IMG/VR virus record: IMGVR_UViG_3300027971_000055
Span: 1 to 63,600 of that record
Direction: 5' to 3' (one strand)
Length of the DNA stretch: 63,600 nucleotides
DNA from: a virus
Lineage: Duplodnaviria > Caudoviricetes
A program made the position numbers and the translations under genes. The notes under the pieces are model-generated. The model did not search any database, was not told the DNA's origin, and saw only the letters and a list, made by a program, of their open reading frames with translations. This document shows, piece by piece, positions 9,583-18,873 of this stretch; the stretch's first letter is position 1, and each line of letters opens with the position of its first letter.

Positions 9583-11450
9583 CAGCAGTCTCCGTAGCTT
9601 TCTCCATACTTGGCTTCACATGCAACGGGTAAACCCTCTGCCCATGTAGGTGGTATTGACATTATATTAGTAATAAAATTTACTGCAGTATCTATATCTA
9701 CCTTAGGCACGACACATACTACTGCATCATGCACGGTTAAAACGGGTCTATATTTTTCATTTATTTTTAACATTTGCTCGCCTACAATAATGCGGGCAAG
9801 GGCTTGCACTACATTTTCTACTACTGAACCGCCCCATATAGTAACATCACCTCTCCTAGACTTATAAACAAACTTAGTTTTTCCATCTATCTTCTCAGTT
9901 CGTAAGTTTGGATAATAAATGTATAGCCCATTAGGTAGTTTAATCCCGGCTGCGGAAACTTCTAAACATTTGTGTCGTCCAAGATAATATGGCTTCATAC
10001 TAGGTGACCAATTAGCCATGTCCTTTAACGCCCTATCGCATTCTTCCCATAACTTAATTACTTTATCATTAACTTCACGATAAACTTTAACAAGCCTTTG
10101 GCATTCTAAATTATCTAATACTGCTTTTGGGGGTTGGGTCTTTAATGTGTGTTGTAGCTTAGCCCATCCTGTTCCATATCCTAAACCTAGTGTGCAAGTC
10201 TTACCAACAAATCGTTCTACTGGGTTGTCTTTAGTTATAGTCCTACCATAAACTTTAGAAGCGAATTCGGAATACACATCTCGACCATCTTTATACCACT
10301 CTACAATATCTTCTTGCCCTGCTAGCCATACAAGAATCCTAGCTTCAATTTGTGATGAGTCTGAGTTAATAATTAACGAGCCTCTTGGGGCTACTACTGC
10401 GTTCTTTAATGCTTTCTTTTTTTTATCTCGTGAGGGTAAGTTTTGGAAGTTAACCTTATCTGAGCCTGCCCATCGCCCTGTGTGCGCGCCGTAGTATTTA
10501 AGAGGAATAGGTAGTTTGCCTTTGTTTCTAGCACCAATGTCTAAGAATCTTTTAATTCGTGACTCTTCTATAGTTGATTTAGTACCTAGACGAACAGCAC
10601 ATAGTTCTTGTATGAATGAGTCTTCATGTTCAGTTAATGCAATAAAGCCTTCATCGTTCTTGGCTAAAGCAAATGTTTCTTTGCCTGTCGTTGGAGATAT
10701 TTTTAACGGAACCTCAACTTTATATTCTTCTAATAGTTCAGCAAATTGTTTATTAGATGCTAACTTTTTACGAACACATTCTTCATCTTCACATTCTAGT
10801 CTAACCATTAAATTGCCTAGCACCTCTTTCTTTTCCGCTTCAACCTCATCTAATCGTTCAGATAAAAGAGCGTCATCGAGATACAATACAGGCTCCATAT
10901 ACATACGAAGCGTTAAGTCTATAAGTTTTAGTTCGTTGGCAGGGAAGTTTTGTGCTAGGACATTATAAAGTTTATAGGTAAGTTCAACGTCGTTCTTACA
11001 ATACTCACCATATTGTTTTAAATCTTGTAATTCAAAGTCTTCTACGCGTTTACCTTTAGCATCAATTACTTCCGTGCCTTTTTTACCTAATTGGTAGTAT
11101 TCCACAAGAAACGCGAGAGAACCACCCACATCCACACCATGCTTAGCACGAGCCATGCCAAGAGTATCAAGATAAATAGCTGGAATAATGTTAAAAATAA
11201 ACGAGAGAATGGCACCATCGAATTGTGTATTATGGCAGAGTAAGATGGCTTCGTTCCAATCAATCTCCATAAGTTTAGTTTTAATATAGTTATGTGAGCC
11301 TGTAATCCATTGAGTTTCTTGGTCGTCAATCTTAACACCCACTCCAATAACTTGAAATCTTTCATCGCGTATGTATTCCTCTGTGGTTAGGTTTGATAGA
11401 CTAAAACCCTGTTCGTAAAAGGTTTCAAAGTCAAGTGTGATTAGGTTCAT
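9582..11450 (-). CDS. polA: DNA polymerase family A with 3'-5' exonuclease
   Basis: LDFET exo I, HNTQFD exo II, HTGRW, DSSQIEAR motif A, R..GKTCTLGLGYG motif B, VHD motif C. Confidence 0.95.
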   Translation of the reverse strand: MNLITLDFETFYEQGFSLSNLTTEEYIRDERFQVIGVGVKIDDQETQWITGSHNYIKTKLMEIDWNEAILLCHNTQFDGAILSFIFNIIPAIYLDTLGMARAKHGVDVGGSLAFLVEYYQLGKKGTEVIDAKGKRVEDFELQDLKQYGEYCKNDVELTYKLYNVLAQNFPANELKLIDLTLRMYMEPVLYLDDALLSERLDEVEAEKKEVLGNLMVRLECEDEECVRKKLASNKQFAELLEEYKVEVPLKISPTTGKETFALAKNDEGFIALTEHEDSFIQELCAVRLGTKSTIEESRIKRFLDIGARNKGKLPIPLKYYGAHTGRWAGSDKVNFQNLPSRDKKKKALKNAVVAPRGSLIINSDSSQIEARILVWLAGQEDIVEWYKDGRDVYSEFASKVYGRTITKDNPVERFVGKTCTLGLGYGTGWAKLQHTLKTQPPKAVLDNLECQRLVKVYREVNDKVIKLWEECDRALKDMANWSPSMKPYYLGRHKCLEVSAAGIKLPNGLYIYYPNLRTEKIDGKTKFVYKSRRGDVTIWGGSVVENVVQALARIIVGEQMLKINEKYRPVLTVHDAVVCVVPKVDIDTAVNFITNIMSIPPTWAEGLPVACEAKYGESYGDC

Positions 11451-11716
11451 AAGGTTGATAATAGTAACAGAACAACTACCACAACTGCAACCATTATTTT
11501 GCTATTTCTATCTTCATTCTTTTCAGAGTCATCGTGTATATATACCCCACCCCATGCTTCTCTTGCACTGCGTGGTGTAGGTCTATCAAACGCATCGGGT
11601 TGAAAAAACCTCCACCCTTTTTTATAATTATTTTTAAATACTTTTTGTTGCCATTCTTCAAATTCTTGGATTGCTAGTCTTGCATTTGGGTTAAAGTTAT
11701 TTAATTTTGCATTCAC
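11447..11716 (-). CDS. Hypothetical protein with C-terminal TM helix
   Basis: AGGAG RBS before GTG 11716; hydrophobic C-terminus. Confidence 0.6.
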   Translation of the reverse strand: MNAKLNNFNPNARLAIQEFEEWQQKVFKNNYKKGWRFFQPDAFDRPTPRSAREAWGGVYIHDDSEKNEDRNSKIMVAVVVVVLLLLSTL

Positions 11717-11732
11717 TAATACTTTTCTCCTA

Positions 11733-11927
11733 TTATTTTGCGTATTTCGCAAATTCGTCTCGGCACTCGGTAGAACACCAACGGCGGTCGTCTTTGACTG
11801 GGATTTCACACCATATACACTTCCCTGTTTGATTAGAAGGTTTTTTGATTTTATCGTGCGCATTTTTTACTCCCATGTCAATCATGTGTTGCATTAAATC
11901 ATTGGCTACATCGACGTCGTCGCTCAT
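11733..11927 (-). CDS. TraR/DksA-family C4 zinc-finger transcription factor
   Basis: N-terminal MSDDVDVA (DxxDxA) plus CIWC...CSTEC. Confidence 0.8.
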   Translation of the reverse strand: MSDDVDVANDLMQHMIDMGVKNAHDKIKKPSNQTGKCIWCEIPVKDDRRWCSTECRDEFAKYAK

Positions 11928-12163
11928 CGTACAAATTCTTTATCTCTTGATTGAATGTAGAAATACTTACGCCACACACCTCCTCTAGGTTGAGCTTTAG
12001 GTAAACTAATTAAGCCTTTTTTATCTAACTCTCTTATTCTTTGATGATTACCATGAGATTGTAGTATGACATGATTTCTACTTGAGTTTGGATGGTCTTC
12101 CATATATTGATTTACAATTGTGATGAGTTCTTCATCGGTTTTTCTTCTATAATCCGTTGCCAT
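11924..12163 (-). CDS. Hypothetical protein
   Basis: TAATG-coupled ORF (MATDY...). Confidence 0.6.
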   Translation of the reverse strand: MATDYRRKTDEELITIVNQYMEDHPNSSRNHVILQSHGNHQRIRELDKKGLISLPKAQPRGGVWRKYFYIQSRDKEFVR

Positions 12164-12375
12164 TAAAACAAACACTCCCCTACTAATTGAAATAAATCTT
12201 CTTTAACTACTATTGGTTTATCTAGTTTTACTACTTTAACATTAGGATTGTTTTCTGTAAACCACTTAGCTTCCTTGACAGACCACCTATGTTTGCGTAT
12301 AACCTCGCCTTCGTCATCTAATATTGCGTGACTAAAAGGTATCATCACCATGTCTCCTATTCCAATTTTCTTCAT
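12163..12375 (-). CDS. Hypothetical protein
   Basis: ORF in operon; true start probably an internal ATG after AGGAG. Confidence 0.55.
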   Translation of the reverse strand: MKKIGIGDMVMIPFSHAILDDEGEVIRKHRWSVKEAKWFTENNPNVKVVKLDKPIVVKEDLFQLVGECLF

Positions 12376-12493
12376 TCCAAAACCATATGCGTCTATATCT
12401 TTTTGTGTATCGTCTTGTGTTCTTGTCTGACACTCGCATTTTAATAACGCGTTTTCTTAGACTAAACAAACCTTTGACTTGATATACAATCAC
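12332..12493 (-). CDS. 53-aa basic protein; not in ORF track
   Basis: GTG start directly after upstream TAA; fills the gap. Confidence 0.45.
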   Translation of the reverse strand: MIVYQVKGLFSLRKRVIKMRVSDKNTRRYTKRYRRIWFWNEENWNRRHGDDTF

Positions 12494-12628
12494 TTAACTT
12501 CTCGTTTCGCAGTTTCTAAAGTTTTTTAATGTTTGCATATGATTATATTCCATGATAGACCATGTAAGTAATGCACCTAATATAATCCCTATTACAATAT
12601 ACCCTGTGCCTTCATATTTATTATCCAT
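12494..12628 (-). CDS. 44-aa single-TM protein; not in ORF track
   Basis: TAATG coupling, GGAGG RBS; MDNKYEGTGYIVIGIILGALLTWSIM... Confidence 0.55.
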   Translation of the reverse strand: MDNKYEGTGYIVIGIILGALLTWSIMEYNHMQTLKNFRNCETRS

Positions 12629-12867
12629 TACAATCCTCCGTTAGCTTCAATCATTCGTTGTGTTGATTCTTTATAGCTTTTAATGCCTGTAATCTTCTCA
12701 GCATTGGCTTCGTCTTTATATAATGGTGTTATCACTATGTTATGTTTTTTTGTTGGCAAGTCTCTTATCCATGATAGTTCTTTCGGTCTTGCCTGCATAA
12801 TACTTGACCACACAAGTTCGCCGTAACTATTGAATTCTTCGATTGCCCATGCGTATGGGTCTTTCAT
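12628..12867 (-). CDS. Hypothetical protein
   Basis: AAGGA RBS, operon context. Confidence 0.6.
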   Translation of the reverse strand: MKDPYAWAIEEFNSYGELVWSSIMQARPKELSWIRDLPTKKHNIVITPLYKDEANAEKITGIKSYKESTQRMIEANGGL

Positions 12868-12876
12868 ATGATGTCC

Positions 12877-13230
12877 TTAGTAAAATACATGGTTGTTTAT
12901 TATAACACGGGGTTTCATTCCCCATTGGTTGTTAAGTGCGACATTGTGAAAATGTGATGCGCCTTTAGAATAATCTTTCGCTTTAAAGTTTAATATTTGA
13001 CGGGCAAGTTTATAGTAATTAGTATTGTATAGAGCCGATGGCTCGGGTGGTTTTAGTTTACCATACCATGAAAACTGATAGGGCTTTCTCATTTCAATAC
13101 AAACATTTTCGGGTTTAAAATCAGCACGTCTGTATAGAACATATCCTACTGCGATTTGTCCTGCTAGTCCTTCTCCCCTTGCTTCCATGAATATAGTTGT
13201 GGCTAAACAAGCCAACGCTTGGTCTATCAT
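12877..13230 (-). CDS. Cell wall hydrolase (SleB/Hydrolase_2)
   Basis: CLA.TIFMEARGE, QFSWY, GASHFH, INNHVFY. Confidence 0.88.
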   Translation of the reverse strand: MIDQALACLATTIFMEARGEGLAGQIAVGYVLYRRADFKPENVCIEMRKPYQFSWYGKLKPPEPSALYNTNYYKLARQILNFKAKDYSKGASHFHNVALNNQWGMKPRVIINNHVFY

Positions 13231-13265
13231 AGCACGCTCCTTAAATAAGAAACCAGTTCTTTAGT

Positions 13266-13493
13266 TTAATTAGATGGGTTTTTGAGTTCTAACTCTTTGA
13301 GCATTTGAAGTATGTGAATGGCTTTGTCTATATCTTTTAAGCCACCTTTGTCGCGCCATCGTGTAATATATTTAATAGCGTTGCCTTCGGGAAATGGAAT
13401 ATTGTTTGCATGGATATATTCCATCGGTTGAATTTTGTATTTTTTGTAGTGGTCTCCATCCACTTGAATTTCTAATGCACTTTTTTCTGTCAT
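13266..13493 (-). CDS. DUF3310 / T7 gp1.7-like nucleotide kinase
   Basis: QVDGDHY, GNAIKYITRW..KGG..D..KA. Confidence 0.85.
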   Translation of the reverse strand: MTEKSALEIQVDGDHYKKYKIQPMEYIHANNIPFPEGNAIKYITRWRDKGGLKDIDKAIHILQMLKELELKNPSN

Positions 13494-13777
13494 TCTATCT
13501 CCTTTATTAGAGTTAATAGTTCTTGCATATTACCTTCATTTATTACTATTGCCAAGCCATTTCTACTGATTATTTGGTCTATGTTGTATTTTTGTAACGC
13601 AGTTAGTGTGCCTTTGCCTGCCTTACATTCTATTGCTATGAACCTGCCTTTGTAGCAAGCGATGATGTCGGGGATACCACTCTTTCCGTATCCCCCTGTT
13701 TGTGGTGAGAAATGATATGCGTTAATATCATCTAAGATTTTTTTTACTTTTACTTTTACTCTTCCTTCGGGTGTCAT
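13490..13777 (-). CDS. VRR-NUC nuclease
   Basis: TPEG.VK, GIPD, AIECKAGKG..T.LQ. Confidence 0.88.
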   Translation of the reverse strand: MTPEGRVKVKVKKILDDINAYHFSPQTGGYGKSGIPDIIACYKGRFIAIECKAGKGTLTALQKYNIDQIISRNGLAIVINEGNMQELLTLIKEIE

Positions 13778-14201
13778 TCTCTTCGTTCCAATCTAATTTA
13801 TTCATACCATCTTCAATGCCAAGTAGTGAGCGTAGTTCGCACTCTTCTAAAACAACGATATACATTGTTTCCGATACTCTCCAACCGACATCACCCATAC
13901 TATCATCGTGTGGATAGTAAAATATATCTATTGCATTTACTTCTTCATCATTAAGATATTTCTTACCCGATGCTCTAGCCATTGTGAGCTTACTTAGTAT
14001 ATTGTCGGGTAGTGTATCTTCGGTAAAAGTTCTCCTAAATTTATTCCCTACAAACACAATGTAGTTTGGGTTTATATATCTTACAGGCACGCGATGATGG
14101 TTCTTTAATGTTTCATGTGGTAGTGCGTGTAAATCATCTAGGTCAAACAAGTTTATCATATTCATACTATCCCTTTGGAATGATGATTGCACAATGGTCA
14201 A
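13728..14201 (-). CDS. Hypothetical protein
   Basis: ORF in early operon; start uncertain (likely near 14165). Confidence 0.6.
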   Translation of the reverse strand: MTIVQSSFQRDSMNMINLFDLDDLHALPHETLKNHHRVPVRYINPNYIVFVGNKFRRTFTEDTLPDNILSKLTMARASGKKYLNDEEVNAIDIFYYPHDDSMGDVGWRVSETMYIVVLEECELRSLLGIEDGMNKLDWNEENDTRRKSKSKSKKNLR

Positions 14202-15234
14202 AGTAATTTAACTTGCTACCCCATCTGTCTTTAGTTTTATTAATAACAAGTATGTCTTCAAAGTATTCATCACGATTATAGAAATAATCTTTAACTACAT
14301 ACTGCTCTCTTTCTCTTTCATCTTTTTCTTCTATCTTAAGTTTCTGCATGGTTAGAATATGTCTTATACTATCTATCTCATCATAGTCATCTAACGACTC
14401 TACTCGCTTAAGTTCCTTAGTATATATGATTGGCTTCTCATCATCAACCCTACCCTTCTCAACATAATTAAACTTGGCTCTACCTACTACATACCCTTCT
14501 GTCCCGTATGTCAATAGCATATGAAATTCTTTACCTAATACATCGGTAAGCGATTCTTTAAGTGTATTTGCCTTTACATCAATGTCATTCATTTTTGCTA
14601 ATGTTTCTATCATCTTAGTTTTTATTTTGTCATCTAATACACTCATAGGTGTCTGCCCTAGTAATACCTTTAACATATCATGTATTTCTTCGTTGTCTAT
14701 TTTATGATAGTTTTTATCACTAAGTATTCTATCTACATTACCAACCATGTCTGATACTTCTCTTACATATTGAGCAGATATTACATCACCCTTAGTCGGT
14801 ATAGCTTTCTGTAATTTAATGTTCTTAATAAGTTGTGGCAATTTAACAGAACGCAAAGTATGATGGTCAGTAGTGTTTTGTGATTTCTCTTTATAAAAGC
14901 GTGGATTATAAAAGTAATATGTCATACCATGCACCTTACCATTACTAGCCCAAGCCAATCCATATGGTAAGCCATCATCTAATGTTAGAAGAAACGCATC
15001 TATCTCAGTATACTCACCCTTCTTAACACCTTCTACCCAATCACGAATTTCAGATTTAAAGTAATAAGCATAGTTATCACCATAACCTTTATTCTTGAGC
15101 ATCTCTATCTTCTGAAATACTTTTAGCCCATACTTATGGTTAAGTTCCATAATAAGTTTCTTACTCTCGGCATTATAGTTGATGTCGTAATCTAGTTGCG
15201 TAGTGTAGCACGCGTCATAAATATAACCTTGCAT
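14167..15234 (-). CDS. Hypothetical protein
   Basis: 355-aa ORF with AGGAG RBS. Confidence 0.75.
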   Translation of the reverse strand: MQGYIYDACYTTQLDYDINYNAESKKLIMELNHKYGLKVFQKIEMLKNKGYGDNYAYYFKSEIRDWVEGVKKGEYTEIDAFLLTLDDGLPYGLAWASNGKVHGMTYYFYNPRFYKEKSQNTTDHHTLRSVKLPQLIKNIKLQKAIPTKGDVISAQYVREVSDMVGNVDRILSDKNYHKIDNEEIHDMLKVLLGQTPMSVLDDKIKTKMIETLAKMNDIDVKANTLKESLTDVLGKEFHMLLTYGTEGYVVGRAKFNYVEKGRVDDEKPIIYTKELKRVESLDDYDEIDSIRHILTMQKLKIEEKDEREREQYVVKDYFYNRDEYFEDILVINKTKDRWGSKLNYFDHCAIIIPKG

Positions 15235-15243
15235 AATTTTCTC

Positions 15244-15504
15244 CTAGTGTATGTTGTTAGATGTATCTACAAAAAATGTTTCATCGTGGTCTTTTGTTAA
15301 ATTTGATAAGTGGTCATATCTAACACCCATTGTTTTTAAGAACGACTCCTTATCAATCTCTGCGTTAAGTGCTGATACAACAAGGGCAAAGGCGAGTGCA
15401 TCTAGTCCTTGTCCAAAACTTAATTCACTTTTTTCTAATACTGCTATTAGTTCTTTAACCTTAGCACCTACTTTATAATTTACTTCTTTTATTTCTTTTT
15501 TCAT
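15244..15504 (-). CDS. Hypothetical protein
   Basis: AGGAG RBS. Confidence 0.65.
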   Translation of the reverse strand: MKKEIKEVNYKVGAKVKELIAVLEKSELSFGQGLDALAFALVVSALNAEIDKESFLKTMGVRYDHLSNLTKDHDETFFVDTSNNIH

Positions 15505-15513
15505 TTCTATCTC

Positions 15514-16464
15514 CTATAAGTATCTGTAAACAAAATTGTTATTAACTTTAATATCTAAACCCCATGCACTTGATGATATGTTTTGTGTGTAGTCAAACTC
15601 TTTAACATTAAACACATCATTATTTTTTTGTAATACTTTATATATCTTTTTCTTAGCCCTATCATAACTTTCTTTAATATTATTACTATATCTCCACCAA
15701 CTTACTGCATTCATGTATAGTATAAAAGAGTCAAACGGGCTACTCTCTAGTATCTCATCAGCTTTATCCATAACTTCTTTAGTATTATCTCCATCTTTAA
15801 TGTCAAGGTATCCGTAATTGCCATTCTCTACCCAATACTTAGGGAAGTATTCTCTACCTATTTCTTTAATGATGTCGCTTATCTTATCTTGTTCTAAATT
15901 AACATACATTACTTCTGCAACCTTATAAGCATTTTCATACTTAGCTAGTAACGCTTTAGATTTCTCTCGGCTAAGAGTTTTCTTAACGAAGGTATATTTA
16001 CTACTCTCATGTAACTCCAATGTATCCATATTCATACGCAACCCCCTAAAGATTGGTATGACTCGCCATGTATTATTTTCTTTATCTATTTTCTTACTAT
16101 AAATAATTCCACCATGTCTGACACTACTGCTAAAGTTTCCACTAAAATATCCACTTGACATGATTTGTCTTAATCCTTGATGCATATACCTACTACCTAC
16201 ATCAAACTCTATTGTGTTATCACTTCTTACAATACCAAACACATTAGGTTCAGAGATGTCTTTTCTATAGTAATAACATAATCTGAATTGTGGCACTCCA
16301 TCAACCACATCTTTTAAGAAATACTTATGCCCATATTTTCTATCACTAAAAGGAAATCTATTTTCACTCCCCCTATATGGCTCTTGAGTTTCGGATATTT
16401 TTAATAGCCTTTGATAATTAAATTCTCTGTTCATACTATTCTCCTTTTTTAATAATCTTACCAC
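15514..16464 (-). CDS. Hypothetical protein
   Basis: About 306-aa ORF; likely start MNREF after AGGAG. Confidence 0.75.
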   Translation of the reverse strand: MVRLLKKENSMNREFNYQRLLKISETQEPYRGSENRFPFSDRKYGHKYFLKDVVDGVPQFRLCYYYRKDISEPNVFGIVRSDNTIEFDVGSRYMHQGLRQIMSSGYFSGNFSSSVRHGGIIYSKKIDKENNTWRVIPIFRGLRMNMDTLELHESSKYTFVKKTLSREKSKALLAKYENAYKVAEVMYVNLEQDKISDIIKEIGREYFPKYWVENGNYGYLDIKDGDNTKEVMDKADEILESSPFDSFILYMNAVSWWRYSNNIKESYDRAKKKIYKVLQKNNDVFNVKEFDYTQNISSSAWGLDIKVNNNFVYRYL

Positions 16465-17683
16465 TTGGCACTTTTAGATTTTCATTCTGAGTTACAAGCC
16501 ACATAGTCGGTGCAGATATATTCCATTGGATATCATTCTCTACATACCCATCTGTAAATACAATCACACCTTCTGCTACTATCTTATGTTTATTTATATA
16601 ATCACTAACACTACTAACATGAGTTCCACCACCACCTAATGGTTTTAATAGTTTCGCTATGTTTTCATATTGGGAAGGCTCAAACTTCTGTTCACCATGC
16701 ACTTCTGTATCCCACCATAAAACACGAACACCACTAGGGGAACACACCGAACAAATAGATGCCAGTTCCGATGCAAACTCAGTAAGTTCTAGGCTACCTA
16801 TTGAACCCGATGTATCAATCGCTATGATTAACTCGCCAACACTATTAGTTTCAAGGCTTGGCATATAAATATCATTAGCCATAAGTCGTTTGTTAAATCT
16901 TCGCCAAGTAAATTCTTCACTACCTTTGGTTGATGATGTAACAAAATCTCTTAGTTCATGTCGCCAATCAATCTTAGGTGCTAACAATTCTTCAATGGCT
17001 CTAGGCATCTTACTGCCCATTCTGCCTGCAAGTATGCCACCTTGTCGTAATGCCCTATCAATCTTATCTGATAACTCACCGACTTGTTCGGGTGTCATTT
17101 GCTCTGATGCATTAAAGTCATGTTCATCTAGTGTTTTAGTAGGCATACCCCTACCACCTTGTGAATTACCATTACCCTTACCACCTTGTGAATCTCCATC
17201 ACCACTACCTTCACCTTCTAATGATTGTGCGTTCTTTGCACGCTCACTATTTTCCTTCTTGAGATAGTCATACACTTGCTTGACCGACCAATTATGAAAC
17301 TTGTCGTGATACAAGCCACCATCGGGCAATTTACATAATGACTTATCATTAAGGTGTGTAATTACATCATTAACAACATAATCTGCTGATGCATTCATTA
17401 AGTGTGGGTTATCTTTAAATTCATTCTTAAACCTACCAATATGTTTTAGTGCTACATGAAGGTTCTCATGCAATACCAATGCTCTGAGTTCTTGGTCTGT
17501 TAGTTTAGATATAAATTTATTACCATACTTCTTGTTATACCCATCGGTGTATGCCGTTATTTCTTCATCAACTACAACACTATTACCCATCAACATAATG
17601 CCCGAGTAGAGTGCCGTTTCTGCGTGTTTCATCAATGCGACATGGGCTTTCTTTAGTCGCATACTTTGGTCTATGCTATTCAT
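16436..17683 (-). CDS. Metallopeptidase-VWA domain protein (DUF2201-like)
   Basis: TAYTDG, LHENLH (HExxH), IDTSGS MIDAS, GGGGT, FTDG. Confidence 0.88.
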   Translation of the reverse strand: MNSIDQSMRLKKAHVALMKHAETALYSGIMLMGNSVVVDEEITAYTDGYNKKYGNKFISKLTDQELRALVLHENLHVALKHIGRFKNEFKDNPHLMNASADYVVNDVITHLNDKSLCKLPDGGLYHDKFHNWSVKQVYDYLKKENSERAKNAQSLEGEGSGDGDSQGGKGNGNSQGGRGMPTKTLDEHDFNASEQMTPEQVGELSDKIDRALRQGGILAGRMGSKMPRAIEELLAPKIDWRHELRDFVTSSTKGSEEFTWRRFNKRLMANDIYMPSLETNSVGELIIAIDTSGSIGSLELTEFASELASICSVCSPSGVRVLWWDTEVHGEQKFEPSQYENIAKLLKPLGGGGTHVSSVSDYINKHKIVAEGVIVFTDGYVENDIQWNISAPTMWLVTQNENLKVPSGKIIKKGE

Positions 17684-17695
17684 AACTATCTCCTA

Positions 17696-18769
17696 TTAAA
17701 ATAACACATGGTTATCAACTGCCCATTTAGAAATCTCTGCGTTGTTTCTTACCAACTTCATACCATTCTTATGACGCACCATCATAGTAAAGAATACTGC
17801 CTGCAACTCACTACTTTCCATGCGATTTACAAACTTCATAAACTTACTAACTTCGTCTTGTGTTTTCAATGTGTCTGTAGCTTGGAACATCAACATCAAC
17901 AACGCTGATACTTCTGTCGGCATAGCAATCTCAGTAGGTTTCTCTAGTATGCTTTCAAACTTCGGTAAAGACTTTTCTATCTGTAGGAACGCTGACATAT
18001 CGCCTGCACATGACTGACCAAGCGTGCCTGCTAGTGCGACCATCGTTGCATTCTCACCTAGTATCTCTTTGTTATCCACAATGACTGATGATTTTGCCAA
18101 TGAACGGGGTGATACAAACGATAACATCGGCTTGCTTGGATTAAAGATATAGGGATTATCTGCTTGCCCATCATCTAAGTAACTATTCAAACATCTTGGG
18201 AACATATGAACCCATGCTCTTATCAACGAGTGAACACCATTATCGCCTGCCCACTTGAGCCAACTATCTGCATTAGGCTTTTCCATACGCATGATACAAA
18301 CACGATTGCCTGCATGAGCCAACATACTATCGCCCACACCATCGCTTGCATTGTTACTTGTTGCAAACACTATGCTACCTTCGGGCAACGGGGTATCGCC
18401 AACACATCTCTCTAGCATTAGTCTTGTGAATATAACTTGTAGTAGTTTCGGTGATTTCATAAACTCGTCTAGCAATATGACTTTAGGTTTTGGTGATGAT
18501 AGTTTAAACAAACTACCCACATAGCTTTCCAACGATTTTGTTTCGTGATTAGGGATAGTCATAGCTATGTCTGACATATCTTTAACAGGGCAATCTACAT
18601 AGATGTAATCATACCCATCGCCTAAATCTTCTTCTAACATACTTAATAGCGATGTCTTACCACAACCTGGCTCGCTCTGTATCACAGGTGTAAGTGTCTT
18701 ACCGATTACAGGAATTAACTTTCTTAGTTCATTGATACTTACTGATACTAGGTTCATACTATTCTCCAT
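17696..18769 (-). CDS. MoxR/AAA_5-like ATPase
   Basis: SEPGCGKT Walker A, LLDE Walker B, ATSN, NR, SPRS. Confidence 0.88.
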   Translation of the reverse strand: MENSMNLVSVSINELRKLIPVIGKTLTPVIQSEPGCGKTSLLSMLEEDLGDGYDYIYVDCPVKDMSDIAMTIPNHETKSLESYVGSLFKLSSPKPKVILLDEFMKSPKLLQVIFTRLMLERCVGDTPLPEGSIVFATSNNASDGVGDSMLAHAGNRVCIMRMEKPNADSWLKWAGDNGVHSLIRAWVHMFPRCLNSYLDDGQADNPYIFNPSKPMLSFVSPRSLAKSSVIVDNKEILGENATMVALAGTLGQSCAGDMSAFLQIEKSLPKFESILEKPTEIAMPTEVSALLMLMFQATDTLKTQDEVSKFMKFVNRMESSELQAVFFTMMVRHKNGMKLVRNNAEISKWAVDNHVLF

Positions 18770-18784
18770 TTATATAATTAACTG

Positions 18785-18863
18785 ATAGAACGATGCTAAA
18801 CTACACTTGTTCAATTACAACTAACACTTCATTTAATAAAGCGTAGTTCAGCACGCTCACTAT
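18785..18863 (-). ncRNA. Long intergenic RNA hairpin (processing/regulatory candidate)
   Basis: 16-bp stem 18839-18854/18793-18808, fully paired on the minus strand with three G-U wobbles; extendable. Confidence 0.55.
18839..18863. promoter_or_regulatory. AAGCGT-N8-ACGCTY palindrome, copy 1
   Basis: AAGCGTagttcagcACGCTCactat. Confidence 0.7.
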
Positions 18864-18873
18864 TTAACTTAAC

